Counted from the stretch's first letter, positions 30,263 through 41,004 are shown. The stretch: 54,346 nucleotides of DNA from an uncultured virus (IMG/VR IMGVR_UViG_3300028394_003206) (IMGVR_UViG_3300028394_003206), one strand, 5' to 3'. Notes: generated by a model not told the origin, from the letters alone. Translations and numbers: made by a program.

Positions 30263-30798
30263 GATTATTGAATGAAAATTTAACAAATTATATTATAGAA
30301 TTAACTAAATATTTAAATACTAATGATATTGGGTTTGGTGAATATGTAAAAGATGGAATCACTGTTAAAAGATATAAGAATGGTGGAATCTATGAAACCC
30401 CAAAATATAAATTAAACAAAATAATACCATTAGATAAACAAGTAGGTATTGGTAAATTTACCTTTTCAGTAGTTATAAAAGAAGATAATTGGAAAGATAA
30501 AATATTTTTAACAAAAACATATGAAACTTGGAGCTATATATATACAATTTGTGATTTTAGAAATTTTTTAAACAATCTTCCTAAAACTAGAATTAAAAAA
30601 ATTGAAAAAATGATTTATGATTTTGAAAATTCTAAATCTACTGAATATTATAAATTTAAGAAATTTTACAGAAGATTAGTTAAATTAATGGGATTTTATT
30701 ATTCATCTTGGAGAGAAGATTTTAAATACCCAGAAATTGAAAGAATACCATCAGTAAAAGAAATAAGAAACTCGAGAATAAATTCTATTTTAAAATAA
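30259..30798 (+). CDS. Hypothetical protein with C-terminal tag (RNSRINSILK); tandem paralog
   Basis: 179 aa. Confidence 0.8.
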   Translation: MRLLNENLTNYIIELTKYLNTNDIGFGEYVKDGITVKRYKNGGIYETPKYKLNKIIPLDKQVGIGKFTFSVVIKEDNWKDKIFLTKTYETWSYIYTICDFRNFLNNLPKTRIKKIEKMIYDFENSKSTEYYKFKKFYRRLVKLMGFYYSSWREDFKYPEIERIPSVKEIRNSRINSILK

Positions 30799-30825
30799 AA
30801 AATCCACTTTAAAAGTGGCTTTTTT
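30796..30825. terminator. Bidirectional terminator
   Basis: CCACTTT/AAAGTGG hairpin with A and T tails. Confidence 0.75.
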
Positions 30826-30837
30826 ATTTATTTTATT

Positions 30838-31821
30838 TTATATTAATTCAAATCCCAATATAATATCATCTGGATCATCCCCACAATAAATAGTATAATT
30901 ATCCGGATCAATTGATTCACCAGTTTGAGCATTTATTGTATGAGCATTTAATATTTCTTTAGCTGTTAAATAACTTAAACTAATATCAGAGCAGCATTCA
31001 CAGGCATGGAAAACAATTCCATATACTTTACTCATTGGATTAGGGTTTTCATCTTTATCGTATTTACTCAATTGTATTCTAACATTTACACCAATTGAAT
31101 TACCTCTTGATAAATTATAATAAACATATTCCTGGAAATTATCAAAACCACATTCATATATAAAACCATTTTTAGTTGCCTTCTCATCACTATCAGTGAT
31201 TCCTTCTTCAACTAAAGCTTTATGTATATCAGAATTTTCCCTAACAATTAAAAAATCCCATAATCCATCACCAGATGCAGTTATATGACAAATTTCACTT
31301 TCTATCTTACTTTCTATCTTTTGGATAAATTCTTCATATAATTCATCAAAATTTTCCAATTCTATATAAAATTCATCATTTTCTTCCATTTCTTTAATTG
31401 TCTTTTCTACAAATTTATTATGACTATCATCAATAACATCAACAGAAACTAATGAAAATAATTTAGTTTTTTTATCTTGTTTAAGAACTAATTCCTTTGT
31501 TAGTAAATCTAAATATCTTTTACTGAAAAAATCAGATGTATTTTTATCTATTTCTTCCAATTCCTCTTCTGATAATTCAGATTCAAAAATATATTCCTCT
31601 ATTAAATTACCTAATTTATTATAACTTAATACTCCTTCATATTCATAATTATCTGATATTTGATATCCATTTTCAGATGGTATATCACAATAAAATTGAA
31701 TACCAAGACTTACTACTAAATCAATTGGCATATTTTGATACATGTCAAATTCATCATGAAATTCTTCAGTCAATTTGTAACTATTATCAATATTACATAT
31801 ATAATATTTGTATTTTTTCAT
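30838..31821 (-). CDS. Acidic hypothetical protein
   Basis: 327 aa; late motif 31838-31846. Confidence 0.8.
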   Translation of the reverse strand: MKKYKYYICNIDNSYKLTEEFHDEFDMYQNMPIDLVVSLGIQFYCDIPSENGYQISDNYEYEGVLSYNKLGNLIEEYIFESELSEEELEEIDKNTSDFFSKRYLDLLTKELVLKQDKKTKLFSLVSVDVIDDSHNKFVEKTIKEMEENDEFYIELENFDELYEEFIQKIESKIESEICHITASGDGLWDFLIVRENSDIHKALVEEGITDSDEKATKNGFIYECGFDNFQEYVYYNLSRGNSIGVNVRIQLSKYDKDENPNPMSKVYGIVFHACECCSDISLSYLTAKEILNAHTINAQTGESIDPDNYTIYCGDDPDDIILGFELI

Positions 31822-31874
31822 TAAAAATGTTTTATTTTATATATTAATTTATTATTTTTGTTTAAAAAATATTT

Positions 31875-32183
31875 ATGATCACTGTTATACTATCAATTTC
31901 TTCAATATTATTAATTATACAATTAATCTATTCAATTTTAGATTATAAAAAAAGTGTAAAACAAATAAATATTAAATCAGAATTTTGTAAAAAAATGGTA
32001 TCAGTTAAAATTGATGATTTAGATTTGAGATTTAATTATTATAAATATATTGATGAAAATGTGGATTTCTCATCGAGTTTAGATAATATAATTTCAAAAA
32101 TTTCAAATTTTGATGAAATTAATAAAATACCTAAACTTAAAAAAATGATTAGAAATAAAAAACTAGAAAATTTAGGAATTTAA
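31875..32183 (+). CDS. N-terminal TM protein with C-terminal tag (RNKKLENLGI)
   Basis: Hydrophobic first 21 aa; promoter at 31853. Confidence 0.75.
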   Translation: MITVILSISSILLIIQLIYSILDYKKSVKQINIKSEFCKKMVSVKIDDLDLRFNYYKYIDENVDFSSSLDNIISKISNFDEINKIPKLKKMIRNKKLENLGI

Positions 32184-32342
32184 AAAATAAAATATGGAAG
32201 AATTAGAAAATCAAATTGAAAAAACAAAACAAATCATTGAAGATGAATCTTTTGATGGTAAATGGGTAAGTGATGAAACACTTATCATTTTAGAAAATCA
32301 ATTAGTAATTTTAGAAACTCTTAAAAAAATATCACAACCTAT

Positions 32343-32555
32343 ATGTGGATAAATGAATTTAAATTCAATGATTTTATGTTAGAATGGAAAGTTTTTTCCA
32401 ATGGTGAATTTATTTCTTTAAATACTTTAATGGAAAAATCTTTAAAAGAATTAAATAATTTTATTTATGATAATAATTTAATTAGAGATAATGAATATAC
32501 AATTAAAGGTTTTAGAAATGGAAAATGGGAAACCTTAATATCAAAAACCGTTTAA
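32343..32555 (+). CDS. Hypothetical protein
   Basis: 70 aa; preceded by another short ORF starting at 32194. Confidence 0.6.
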   Translation: MWINEFKFNDFMLEWKVFSNGEFISLNTLMEKSLKELNNFIYDNNLIRDNEYTIKGFRNGKWETLISKTV

Positions 32556-32637
32556 ATTTTTTTAATAAATCAATTATAATAGATTATTCAAATAATTTAA
32601 TATCAACTTATGATTTATTAAAAAATATAAAAAAAGT

Positions 32638-33033
32638 ATGAAAATTTATAAGTATAATGAATTTAAAAATCTTAATGAATTTGAATTTCAAAATTATAAT
32701 TGTTTAACAAAAAATGATAGATATAACATTGCTAGTATTTCAGATAATGGTACAGGCATTGAAAATTTAATCTTATGGATAGGTTGTGTACTAAATAATA
32801 AACCAGTTATTAAAATAAGTAATAACCCTGAAGATTTGAGTGGAAATGATCTATTTACAATTGATATTGAAAATTTTAATATTATTGGAACACCTAATAG
32901 TAAATTCATAACAACAGAATATATTAACAATATTATAAAATTTATAATTAAAAATAAATCACTAATTGTTAAATTTACAAATGAGGAAATTTTCACAGAT
33001 CAACTAGTTGATGAATTAGTTCCATATAATTAA
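32638..33033 (+). CDS. Hypothetical protein with capsid-targeting-like tag
   Basis: MKIYKYNEFKNLNE; TGIENLILWIG...PVIKISN. Confidence 0.75.
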   Translation: MKIYKYNEFKNLNEFEFQNYNCLTKNDRYNIASISDNGTGIENLILWIGCVLNNKPVIKISNNPEDLSGNDLFTIDIENFNIIGTPNSKFITTEYINNIIKFIIKNKSLIVKFTNEEIFTDQLVDELVPYN

Positions 33034-33106
33034 ATAAAAACTTTAATAAAAGTAAATCTTTCTGAAAAATTTTAACTATATTTGTATTATAAATTATAAA
33101 TAAACT

Positions 33107-34444
33107 ATGGTAATTAAAAATATCCACGAGAAATTAATGAATAGTATCCAGGCAATGTTGATTGATTTGGATTACAACATGCCATTTTATGGGCATTATT
33201 GTCTACACTTAAACTTCCATGAACAAGAAACAATTGGAACTTGTGCAGTAAATGTTACCAATAAAGGTATGAACTTTTATTATAACTCTTCGTTTATGGA
33301 TAGACTAACAGATGGTCAATCTAACTTCTTAGTTTTACATGAAATTTTCCACTTGTTATTCAACCACCCAAAGCGCACAATAACAGGGCAATATGATCAT
33401 AAACTATCAAATATTGCACAAGATATGATTATCAACCATATTATATGGGAAGATATTAGCCATAAATTTGTTGAAATTCCTAAATCAGAAGATGGTAAAA
33501 ATATGGCTTTGTTTGTTCCAAAAGAATATAATGGAAATTTAATCTTTGAGGAATTGTATGAATGGTTGAAAGAAAAGAAAGAACAAAGAGAACAAGAAAA
33601 ACAAAAAAATGGGGATAAAAAACAAGACCAAGATGGTGATGGTGATGGTGATAAATCATATGGACCTAATGGTAAAAACCCTACACATGGTAAAACAGAT
33701 TCTAGTGGTAAAAAAGATGAAAATGAAACAATTGACACTTACTCTCTAGATAAAATCTTAGATGATTTAGAAAATGGTGGTGATGGTGAATATCTAGATA
33801 AACACATTGGTGATGAAGTTTCTAATGAAATGAAAGAAGCTATGGTTAAAGATGTTGTTGAAAAACTACAAGCAAGAGGTTTAACACCTGGTAATGTTGA
33901 AGAAACTCTTAATAAACTTAGAAAGAAAAGAAAAGATTACTTAAAAGAAATTAAACGTGCTGTGAGCACTTTAATGAATGGAACTAACAAAGAAAGAACT
34001 ATTGTTCGTCCAAATAGAAAAGGAATTTTAGGTTTAAAAGGGAATCGAAAAGTTAAAACTTGTTTAAATGTAATTTTGGATACTTCAGGTAGCATGGGGA
34101 ATACCTTTGAGAAAGTTTTATCATATGTTTACCGTAGTGATATAACTGTTAATATGATTCAAGCTGACACTGAAGTTAAATGGGTTGAAAAATTCATGAG
34201 TGATAAAAAAATTGAACGTATGAAAATTTCGGGAATGGGAGGTACTTTGTTAACCCCAGCTATAGACTACTGTGTTGAACATTTTAATGACTATCCAACT
34301 GTTGTACTTTCAGATGGTTATTGTGATCACCTCGATATCAGTAAGTTACGTCATAAAGTTTTGATTATATCAATTGGAGTTGAAGTTCCAATAGCTATAA
34401 CAAATGGTAAACTTAAACAAATCCTTGTTGATTTGAATCAATAA
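33107..34444 (+). CDS. DUF2201-type metallopeptidase plus vWA domain protein
   Basis: HEIFH (HExxH), NIAQDMIIN, DTSGSM (MIDAS), GGT and SDG motifs; promoter at 33077. Confidence 0.9.
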   Translation: MVIKNIHEKLMNSIQAMLIDLDYNMPFYGHYCLHLNFHEQETIGTCAVNVTNKGMNFYYNSSFMDRLTDGQSNFLVLHEIFHLLFNHPKRTITGQYDHKLSNIAQDMIINHIIWEDISHKFVEIPKSEDGKNMALFVPKEYNGNLIFEELYEWLKEKKEQREQEKQKNGDKKQDQDGDGDGDKSYGPNGKNPTHGKTDSSGKKDENETIDTYSLDKILDDLENGGDGEYLDKHIGDEVSNEMKEAMVKDVVEKLQARGLTPGNVEETLNKLRKKRKDYLKEIKRAVSTLMNGTNKERTIVRPNRKGILGLKGNRKVKTCLNVILDTSGSMGNTFEKVLSYVYRSDITVNMIQADTEVKWVEKFMSDKKIERMKISGMGGTLLTPAIDYCVEHFNDYPTVVLSDGYCDHLDISKLRHKVLIISIGVEVPIAITNGKLKQILVDLNQ

Positions 34445-34456
34445 AAAAAACTAAAA

Positions 34457-34491
34457 TAAAAAAGCCAATCTTTAAGATTGGCTTTTTTTTT
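34457..34491 (+). terminator. Intrinsic terminator
   Basis: AAAGCCAATCTT/AAGATTGGCTTT plus T-tract. Confidence 0.85.
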
Positions 34492-34545
34492 ATTAATAAT
34501 AGTAGAAAAGGAAAAAAGGGAAGAAGTATATTTAATATATAGAAT

Positions 34546-34704
34546 ATGAAAACATTAAAAATTACAGAAGAACTACACAAAAGAATAAAAGTATTTTGTG
34601 TAGAAAGAGATTTGAAAATGAACCAATGGGTTGAAGAACATTTATTGGAAATTTTAAATCAAGAAAAAATAAAAAATAATAATGATATTAACCAAAGAAG
34701 TTGA
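34546..34704 (+). CDS. Small ribbon-helix-helix protein (52 aa)
   Basis: MKTLKITEELHKRIKVFCVERDLKMNQWVEEHL; TAATATATA at 34533. Confidence 0.75.
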   Translation: MKTLKITEELHKRIKVFCVERDLKMNQWVEEHLLEILNQEKIKNNNDINQRS

Positions 34705-34915
34705 AATTGAATTAGATAAAAAAAATTATAAATACTATAAAAGTTGAAGATTTATCTCCAAAAAATGAATTTTACAGATGGTGTAAGTTTCAGATTTTTT
34801 CAATACAAAACAGATTTTTTACTAATATAAACCAAATAGCAGAAATATTTTATATCTGTGAATTTGAAATTAATTGGGATATGATGAGACGTTATGGTTC
34901 AGAAGTCCCTTTAAT
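34682..34915 (+). pseudogene. Decayed homing-endonuclease-like gene
   Basis: MILTKEVEIELDKKNYKYY then, after a frameshift, KVEDLSP; resembles phage HEG N-termini. Confidence 0.5.
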
Positions 34916-35599
34916 TTAATGAATACAAGATATTTTTTCATTTGGATACATACTTTTTATAATTTCTAATATTTCATTAGAATATTCAAAACCTTTTTTA
35001 TATTCATCTGATGTCAATAATTCTCTTGTAAATAATTTTATTTTATATTTTATATATCTACTATCAATATTCAATAAATGAGATTTATCTGGACCACTTG
35101 TGCTTAAATAAGTAACTTTGTCAATAGTGTGGTTAAAAATACCACTTAAAACACCTATTTCATTATGAGTGTAATATTTTTCACCATTATAAACATTATA
35201 AGGTTTTTCATATATTATATTATAAGATAATGTATAACCATTATCAATATGCTCTAATGATAAATCTTTCAAATCTTCTATTAAATCCCAATTTACAAAA
35301 TCTTTAAAACTTTCTTCAGCTAATTCTTTTGTTATCTTTTTAACTATTTTAGTTTCATCTATTCGTTCAACATCTTTTAATTTAACATAACCTATTTTAC
35401 CGTTATAGTCAATTGTTATCAAACCATCATTATCAATATCTAATGGTTTTAATGGAACTTCTGGGTCATTTTTAGGTATTTCTTGGATAATAGTGGCATA
35501 TATATTTTTACCATCATCAATAGTTTTTATTATATCATCCATTGTTATAGCTGATCCTTCTAAATTATTAAAAGCTTCAAAATATTTTAATCTTTTCAT
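34916..35599 (-). CDS. Hypothetical protein with capsid-targeting-like tag
   Basis: MKRLKYFEAF; divergent late-type motifs in 35600-35632. Confidence 0.8.
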   Translation of the reverse strand: MKRLKYFEAFNNLEGSAITMDDIIKTIDDGKNIYATIIQEIPKNDPEVPLKPLDIDNDGLITIDYNGKIGYVKLKDVERIDETKIVKKITKELAEESFKDFVNWDLIEDLKDLSLEHIDNGYTLSYNIIYEKPYNVYNGEKYYTHNEIGVLSGIFNHTIDKVTYLSTSGPDKSHLLNIDSRYIKYKIKLFTRELLTSDEYKKGFEYSNEILEIIKSMYPNEKISCIH

Positions 35600-35632
35600 A
35601 AATGTATATATAAATTTTTAATATATACATTT

Positions 35633-36439
35633 ATGAAATATTTGAAATTATATGAGGATTTTGAAAATCAAAATCAAATTCATGAAATTTGTGAAAAATA
35701 TGGTATAACTAATTATACTATAAATGATGATGGAACTATTGATGTAGATGGTGATGTTGATTTATCAGATAAAAATTTAACTAAAATACCATTGAAATTT
35801 AATAAAGTGAGTGGATATTTTTATTGTATAAATAATAAATTGACATCTTTAGATGGTTGTCCATCTGAAGTGGATGGTGGTTTTTATTGCTATTATAATC
35901 AATTAACATCATTGGAAGGTGCTCCCAATTCAATTGGTGGTTCTTTTAATTGCAGTTCTAATCAATTAACATCATTGGAAGGTGTTCCTAATTCAATAGG
36001 TGGTGATTTTAATTGTAATTCTAATCAATTAAAATCATTAGAAGGTTCTCCTAATTCAATAGGTGCTTCTTTTTATTGTAAATCTAATCAATTAACATCA
36101 TTGGAAGGTGCTCCTAATTCAATTAGTGGTACTTTTGATTGTGCTTCTAATCAATTATACACATTATTTAATATTCCAGATATTGATTTTAATAAAATAC
36201 ATTTGCAAGGTAATCCAATTATATCAATATGGATTTTATTTGATAATAGACCTAATAATTTCCTAGAATTATTTAATTATTACGAGCCTGTTAAATTTAT
36301 AGATGGTGAATGGACTATAATTTTAGAAGTTTTAAACCAAGTGCTTTATGAAACAGGCAATGAAGAATTGCCATTAGATATTGAGAAAGATTATTACTAT
36401 AAAAATACAATTTTAAAATACTACAAAATATTAAAATAA
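35633..36439 (+). CDS. LRR-like repeat protein C with capsid-targeting-like tag
   Basis: NQLTSLEGAPNSIGG 22-aa repeats; late motif 35619-35627. Confidence 0.85.
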   Translation: MKYLKLYEDFENQNQIHEICEKYGITNYTINDDGTIDVDGDVDLSDKNLTKIPLKFNKVSGYFYCINNKLTSLDGCPSEVDGGFYCYYNQLTSLEGAPNSIGGSFNCSSNQLTSLEGVPNSIGGDFNCNSNQLKSLEGSPNSIGASFYCKSNQLTSLEGAPNSISGTFDCASNQLYTLFNIPDIDFNKIHLQGNPIISIWILFDNRPNNFLELFNYYEPVKFIDGEWTIILEVLNQVLYETGNEELPLDIEKDYYYKNTILKYYKILK

Positions 36440-36451
36440 TATATATAACAT

Positions 36452-37456
36452 ATGAAACATATTAAAAGATTTAAGGAATTAAATGAGGAATTAAATCCAG
36501 AAACTTATATAAAGGCTGGTAACTCACTTAAATATTATGGGAAAGAGAAAAGAGGTAATGCTATGATTGAACATGGTATTAGAAAAAAACATTTTATCTA
36601 TAATATGTTATTATGTGATCAACCTAAAGTTAGTGGTAATATCATTGATATTGAGGTTTATGACCCTAAAATTAGTAGTCAAAATGATATACCTGCTATT
36701 ATTTCAAATTGGGAAAATGGTAATGATTTTTTAAGATTGATTTATAGTTTTGATTTTGAAAGATTAGATGGTCAATCAGATATAACACCTTTTGAAATAA
36801 TGATAACTCTTGGTGCTAATAATGAAGGTTTAAATACAGGAGAAAAAGTATGGTATAATGATAATTTTAGTGGGTTTTCAGGTGATCCAGAATATGATAA
36901 TTATTTTTTTGATGATGATAATTTATATGTAGGTTGTATTAAAGATGGTGTTAAAGGTAAATTAGTATTTATTGATAATGCACAAGGTGGTATTTATTAT
37001 GTTTTACCATATGAGGAAACTAAATTTGATATTAAAAAAGCAGTTAAGGCAGGTGGATTTTATAATATTTTTTATGATCATCCAGATAAAGATAAAATTA
37101 AACCATCATGTTCTAAATCTTTTAAAAATGGTTCTTTAGAAGATGATGATATATATGCATATTATGATGAATGTAAAGTTTTTAGGATTTCATTAAAATA
37201 TGATAAAGATTTATCATCAGAAAGAGGTATTTTTTCAAATAGAAGATCGGCATTTGAATTTAAAAAATTCTTATTTAAAACATTTGAAGAAAAGAAAAAT
37301 GAGATATTCGAAATATTAGAAATTGTAGGTGGTGAAACCGAAGATATAGAACAAATAATGAATTGTATTAAAAATATAAGAGTAAATGCTTTATACGATG
37401 ATGAGAAACATGATTATAGAGAATTATTCAATAGAGAATATAAAAATATAATATAA
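36452..37456 (+). CDS. Hypothetical protein with capsid-targeting-like tag; paralog of next gene
   Basis: MKHIKRFKELNEEL; shares its N-terminus and GIF..RRSA..FKK with 37472. Confidence 0.85.
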   Translation: MKHIKRFKELNEELNPETYIKAGNSLKYYGKEKRGNAMIEHGIRKKHFIYNMLLCDQPKVSGNIIDIEVYDPKISSQNDIPAIISNWENGNDFLRLIYSFDFERLDGQSDITPFEIMITLGANNEGLNTGEKVWYNDNFSGFSGDPEYDNYFFDDDNLYVGCIKDGVKGKLVFIDNAQGGIYYVLPYEETKFDIKKAVKAGGFYNIFYDHPDKDKIKPSCSKSFKNGSLEDDDIYAYYDECKVFRISLKYDKDLSSERGIFSNRRSAFEFKKFLFKTFEEKKNEIFEILEIVGGETEDIEQIMNCIKNIRVNALYDDEKHDYRELFNREYKNII

Positions 37457-37471
37457 AAATATAATATAACA

Positions 37472-38536
37472 ATGAAACATATTAAAAGATTTAATGAAAT
37501 AAATGAGGAATTATCCCCAAAAATTTATCAAAATGCTGGTAGATTATTGAAAAATACTGGTAAAAATAAAAGAGGTGAAAAACTAATAGATTATGGTCTT
37601 AGAAAAGAGTTTTTCATGTATGATATTTTTTATATTACTAATAATGGAAATAATTATTCAAAATCTGAATTTTATGATCCTATAATAACTTTTGAATATA
37701 ATAAAAGTTCTGAAAATTCAAATGATTTAGTTAAAAAATGGACTAAAGGACAATGTGATTTATCATTTTATTTAAATGTTAATTTTAAACTTTATGACAC
37801 AGGAAAAGCTTCTAATGGGAAATTATTACCAATACTTCCTATAAAAGTAACTTTAGCTTATAATAATAGTGGTCTTGATAGTGATGATGATCAATGGTTT
37901 ATGGATAATTGTGTTGGTGTTCATTCATATGATTATTTTGAAGAACAAGGTAGAGAGGATGATTGGTATGAAGATTATAATTTATATGTTAATTTATATA
38001 AAGATGGTAAATTCTATACTTTATACAGAACTTGGGACACTACTGGAACAATTTATTATTTATTAGAACCTAAAGAAGTTTTTAATACTAAAGAACTTTC
38101 TAAATATAAAAAAGCAAATGGAACTTATAAAATGGGACATGGTAATGATCCATCTAAATATGTTCATTCTTTAACATTTGAAAATGGTTTAATTCCTAAA
38201 CCGGATTTATATGGTTATTATGATTTTTCTAAATATCTAAAAATAGAATTAGATTATAGAGAAAAAGTGGATAAGGGAATTTTTGCTACTAGAAAATCAG
38301 CTTTACATTTTAAGAAAATATTTGGTTCTTTAATTACTAGTGATATTAAAGATAAAATAATAGATTTGTTAGAAATAGTAGGTGCTGAAACTGAAGATTA
38401 TGAAGAATTGGCAAGTGCTTTAGGAATTGATTCAAATAATAAATTTAGAATTAATTATTTATATGATGATGAATTAGCAGCACCTTCAGATTTTAAAAAT
38501 TCAAATAGATATAAAACTAACTTTAGTATTATTTAA
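37472..38536 (+). CDS. Hypothetical protein with capsid-targeting-like tag; tandem paralog
   Basis: MKHIKRFNEINEEL. Confidence 0.85.
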   Translation: MKHIKRFNEINEELSPKIYQNAGRLLKNTGKNKRGEKLIDYGLRKEFFMYDIFYITNNGNNYSKSEFYDPIITFEYNKSSENSNDLVKKWTKGQCDLSFYLNVNFKLYDTGKASNGKLLPILPIKVTLAYNNSGLDSDDDQWFMDNCVGVHSYDYFEEQGREDDWYEDYNLYVNLYKDGKFYTLYRTWDTTGTIYYLLEPKEVFNTKELSKYKKANGTYKMGHGNDPSKYVHSLTFENGLIPKPDLYGYYDFSKYLKIELDYREKVDKGIFATRKSALHFKKIFGSLITSDIKDKIIDLLEIVGAETEDYEELASALGIDSNNKFRINYLYDDELAAPSDFKNSNRYKTNFSII

Positions 38537-38553
38537 ATTATTATATTTGTATT

Positions 38554-39726
38554 ATGAAAATAAAAAAATATAACGAATTTTTAGAATCAATGACAAATGA
38601 AATTGATTTACCAAATGATATTATAAATATATCAAATGCTTATATTAAAGCTGGTAAAGATATTTATGTGGTTGGTGGAGCAGTTCGTGATTTTCTACAA
38701 AACAAAACTCCTAAAGATTGGGATTTAGTTACAAATGCTCTCCCAGATGAATCCAAAGAGATTTTAAAAGGGTTTAATGTTTCAGATGAACAAGGAAAAA
38801 ACTTTGGGGTTTTAAGGGTTTATACAAAAGATGAACCAGAAGGATATGAAATAGCTTCTTATAGACGTGATATTTCAGGAGGTAGGGACACTAAAGGTGA
38901 TGATCAGAAAGTTGAAATGGGTGGTGATGTTACTATAGAGGATGATGTAAATCGTCGTGACCTTACAGTTAATAGCTTATTCTATGATATTAAAAATAAA
39001 AAGATTGTAGATTTAGTAGGTGGTGTTGATGATGTTAAAAATGGTGTTATCAGAGCAGTTGGTGATGCTTCACAAAGATTTATAGAGGATCGACTTAGAA
39101 TATTGAGAATTTTTAGATTTGCATCTAGAATTGGTGGAAAAATTGATAGTGAGACAGCTAATGCCATATTAAAAGATAATAGATTAAAAGGGGTTGGACC
39201 TAAAGACGATGTTTCACAAGAAAGAATAATAGAGGAGGTTAAAAAGGCTTGGAAACAAGCAATAAATTTTAATGATTATTTATCTTTATTTACAGAGTTT
39301 AATATGTGGGGTGAAGTTTTCCCAGGTGTTAAAATAAATACAGATTTAGTTGATAGTGATGATTTTGTTATAGTAATGACTAATTTGTTTAAATTAGAAG
39401 ATGTTAAAGTATTAGAGAGAAAATTAGTACAGGATTTTAAAATAGATACAGATTTATCAAAAAAGATTTTATTTCTTTTAGAATTTAGTAAATTTACACC
39501 AAATGATGTTTTGGATTTATATAAAAAGAAAATATCATCAGGTATTAGTGAAAAAACTTTATTAGAATGGATTGATGTTAATGGTGGTAGTGATATTATG
39601 AAAAAATTCATTATCTTTAAACCTAGTGTTAATTCACAAGATTTAATGGATAAAGGATTCAAGGGTCGTGATTTAGGAATAAAAATCAAAGAACTTGAAA
39701 TAGAAAATTTTAAAGAATTGTTATGA
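38554..39726 (+). CDS. cca: Class II tRNA nucleotidyltransferase (CCA-adding enzyme) with capsid-targeting-like tag
   Basis: VGGAVRD, KDWD, EIASYR, RRDLTVN, EDRLRILRIFRF, SQERI motifs; starts MKIKKYNEFLES. Confidence 0.92.
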   Translation: MKIKKYNEFLESMTNEIDLPNDIINISNAYIKAGKDIYVVGGAVRDFLQNKTPKDWDLVTNALPDESKEILKGFNVSDEQGKNFGVLRVYTKDEPEGYEIASYRRDISGGRDTKGDDQKVEMGGDVTIEDDVNRRDLTVNSLFYDIKNKKIVDLVGGVDDVKNGVIRAVGDASQRFIEDRLRILRIFRFASRIGGKIDSETANAILKDNRLKGVGPKDDVSQERIIEEVKKAWKQAINFNDYLSLFTEFNMWGEVFPGVKINTDLVDSDDFVIVMTNLFKLEDVKVLERKLVQDFKIDTDLSKKILFLLEFSKFTPNDVLDLYKKKISSGISEKTLLEWIDVNGGSDIMKKFIIFKPSVNSQDLMDKGFKGRDLGIKIKELEIENFKELL

Positions 39727-39854
39727 TTAAAAATTGGAAAAAATTTAATGAGAGTGAAGACACTAGAAGATTTGTAGGATCTGATGGTGGATTTCAACCA
39801 ACAAATCAACCAGAAGAAGGAACTGATACTATCCAGCAATATTGTTGTTATTAA
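39723..39854 (+). CDS. 43-aa micro-ORF or remnant with capsid-targeting-like tag
   Basis: MIKNWKKFNESEDTRRFVGSDGG...; ATGA overlap with the cca stop. Confidence 0.5.
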   Translation: MIKNWKKFNESEDTRRFVGSDGGFQPTNQPEEGTDTIQQYCCY

Positions 39855-39916
39855 AAACATATGAAATTGAAACCATACGTTTTAATTGTGATTGGTAAAA
39901 AAAATAAATATATATT

Positions 39917-40225
39917 ATGAAAAAATTTACAGATAAAATAAATGAATCAGTTGATGATAAAATTCCAACTGCTTTAAAATATATGCAAAGTAAAATAGAA
40001 GCAGAAGAAGCTGGTTCAACACGTTTAATGTTAATTGAATTTGCTAAAATGCATGTAGAAAAAGCATTGAAAGAAGCAAGTGAGAAAGCTACATTGCTTA
40101 CTGATGGTGAAGAATCTAATATTAGTAGATATATTGTAGAAGAAGGAAATCATTATTCAGAAACAGAAATTGATGTTTCAAAAGATTCAATCATAAATAG
40201 TTACCCATTAGAAAACATAAAGTAA
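39917..40225 (+). CDS. Hypothetical phage protein with capsid-targeting-like tag
   Basis: MKKFTDKINES; IEFAKMHVEKALKEASEKA...SIINSYPLENIK. Confidence 0.8.
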   Translation: MKKFTDKINESVDDKIPTALKYMQSKIEAEEAGSTRLMLIEFAKMHVEKALKEASEKATLLTDGEESNISRYIVEEGNHYSETEIDVSKDSIINSYPLENIK

Positions 40226-40226
40226 T

Positions 40227-40691
40227 ATGAATTTAGTAACACATTTGAAAGATACATTAGGTAATAATTATCTTGGTATATCTATACCTAATGATATTGT
40301 ACAGCCTTATTTAAACGAACTAAAAGAAATTTTAGGAGAAGAATATAATAAATTTATAGATAATCAAATTAAAAGGGATAATGGTCACTATCATATAACT
40401 GTTGTTAATGTGATGGACTATAACCGTTTGATTAAAGAAATGGGTATTACATATTTTACTAATTTTTTAGAAGTGGTTTTATCATTTCCAATTGATGATT
40501 TGAATTTATTAGGATTAGGTAAAGCTGAAAAAAATAATAATAAAGCTTTTTTCATTGTATGTGAATCAGATAAATTAGATGCAATTAGAACAAGATGTAA
40601 TCTACCAAAACAGGATTTCCATATTACATTAGGATTTTCTGAAAAAGATGTCTTTGGTGTTTGGAAAAATGAACTTTTAAAATCTTTATAA
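40227..40691 (+). CDS. 2H phosphoesterase (RNA cyclic phosphodiesterase or Acb1-like)
   Basis: Two HxT motifs: YHITV and FHITLGF. Confidence 0.85.
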   Translation: MNLVTHLKDTLGNNYLGISIPNDIVQPYLNELKEILGEEYNKFIDNQIKRDNGHYHITVVNVMDYNRLIKEMGITYFTNFLEVVLSFPIDDLNLLGLGKAEKNNNKAFFIVCESDKLDAIRTRCNLPKQDFHITLGFSEKDVFGVWKNELLKSL

Positions 40692-40725
40692 TATAATTTT
40701 TATTATTTTTAAAATTTAAAGAAAT

Positions 40726-41004
40726 ATGGAAGAATTATTTAGTTATTATAGCTTAGATGAATGTGGGGATAGAAAATCTATCTTAAAAAGATTAAAAGAA
40801 CTAGAAAAAGAAGGAAAGATTGAATTTGATTTGGATAAATCAACAGATATTTTTAAATTAGTTGATATTGATTTAGAAGAAGATGAAATTGAAGATTTGA
40901 TTAATTTATTTGATGAATATGATGTATTTCCTTATTTAGATAAAGATGGTGAGGAAGACGATGATTATAGAGATTTTGGAGATGATGAAGATTATGATTA
41001 CTAA
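40726..41004 (+). CDS. Highly acidic small protein
   Basis: 92 aa, D/E-rich. Confidence 0.75.
   Translation: MEELFSYYSLDECGDRKSILKRLKELEKEGKIEFDLDKSTDIFKLVDIDLEEDEIEDLINLFDEYDVFPYLDKDGEEDDDYRDFGDDEDYDY

Noticed and set aside
13670..36439. Diversity-generating retroelement acting on the LRR-like genes
   Set aside because: No reverse transcriptase in the window, and differences between copies do not look adenine-specific.
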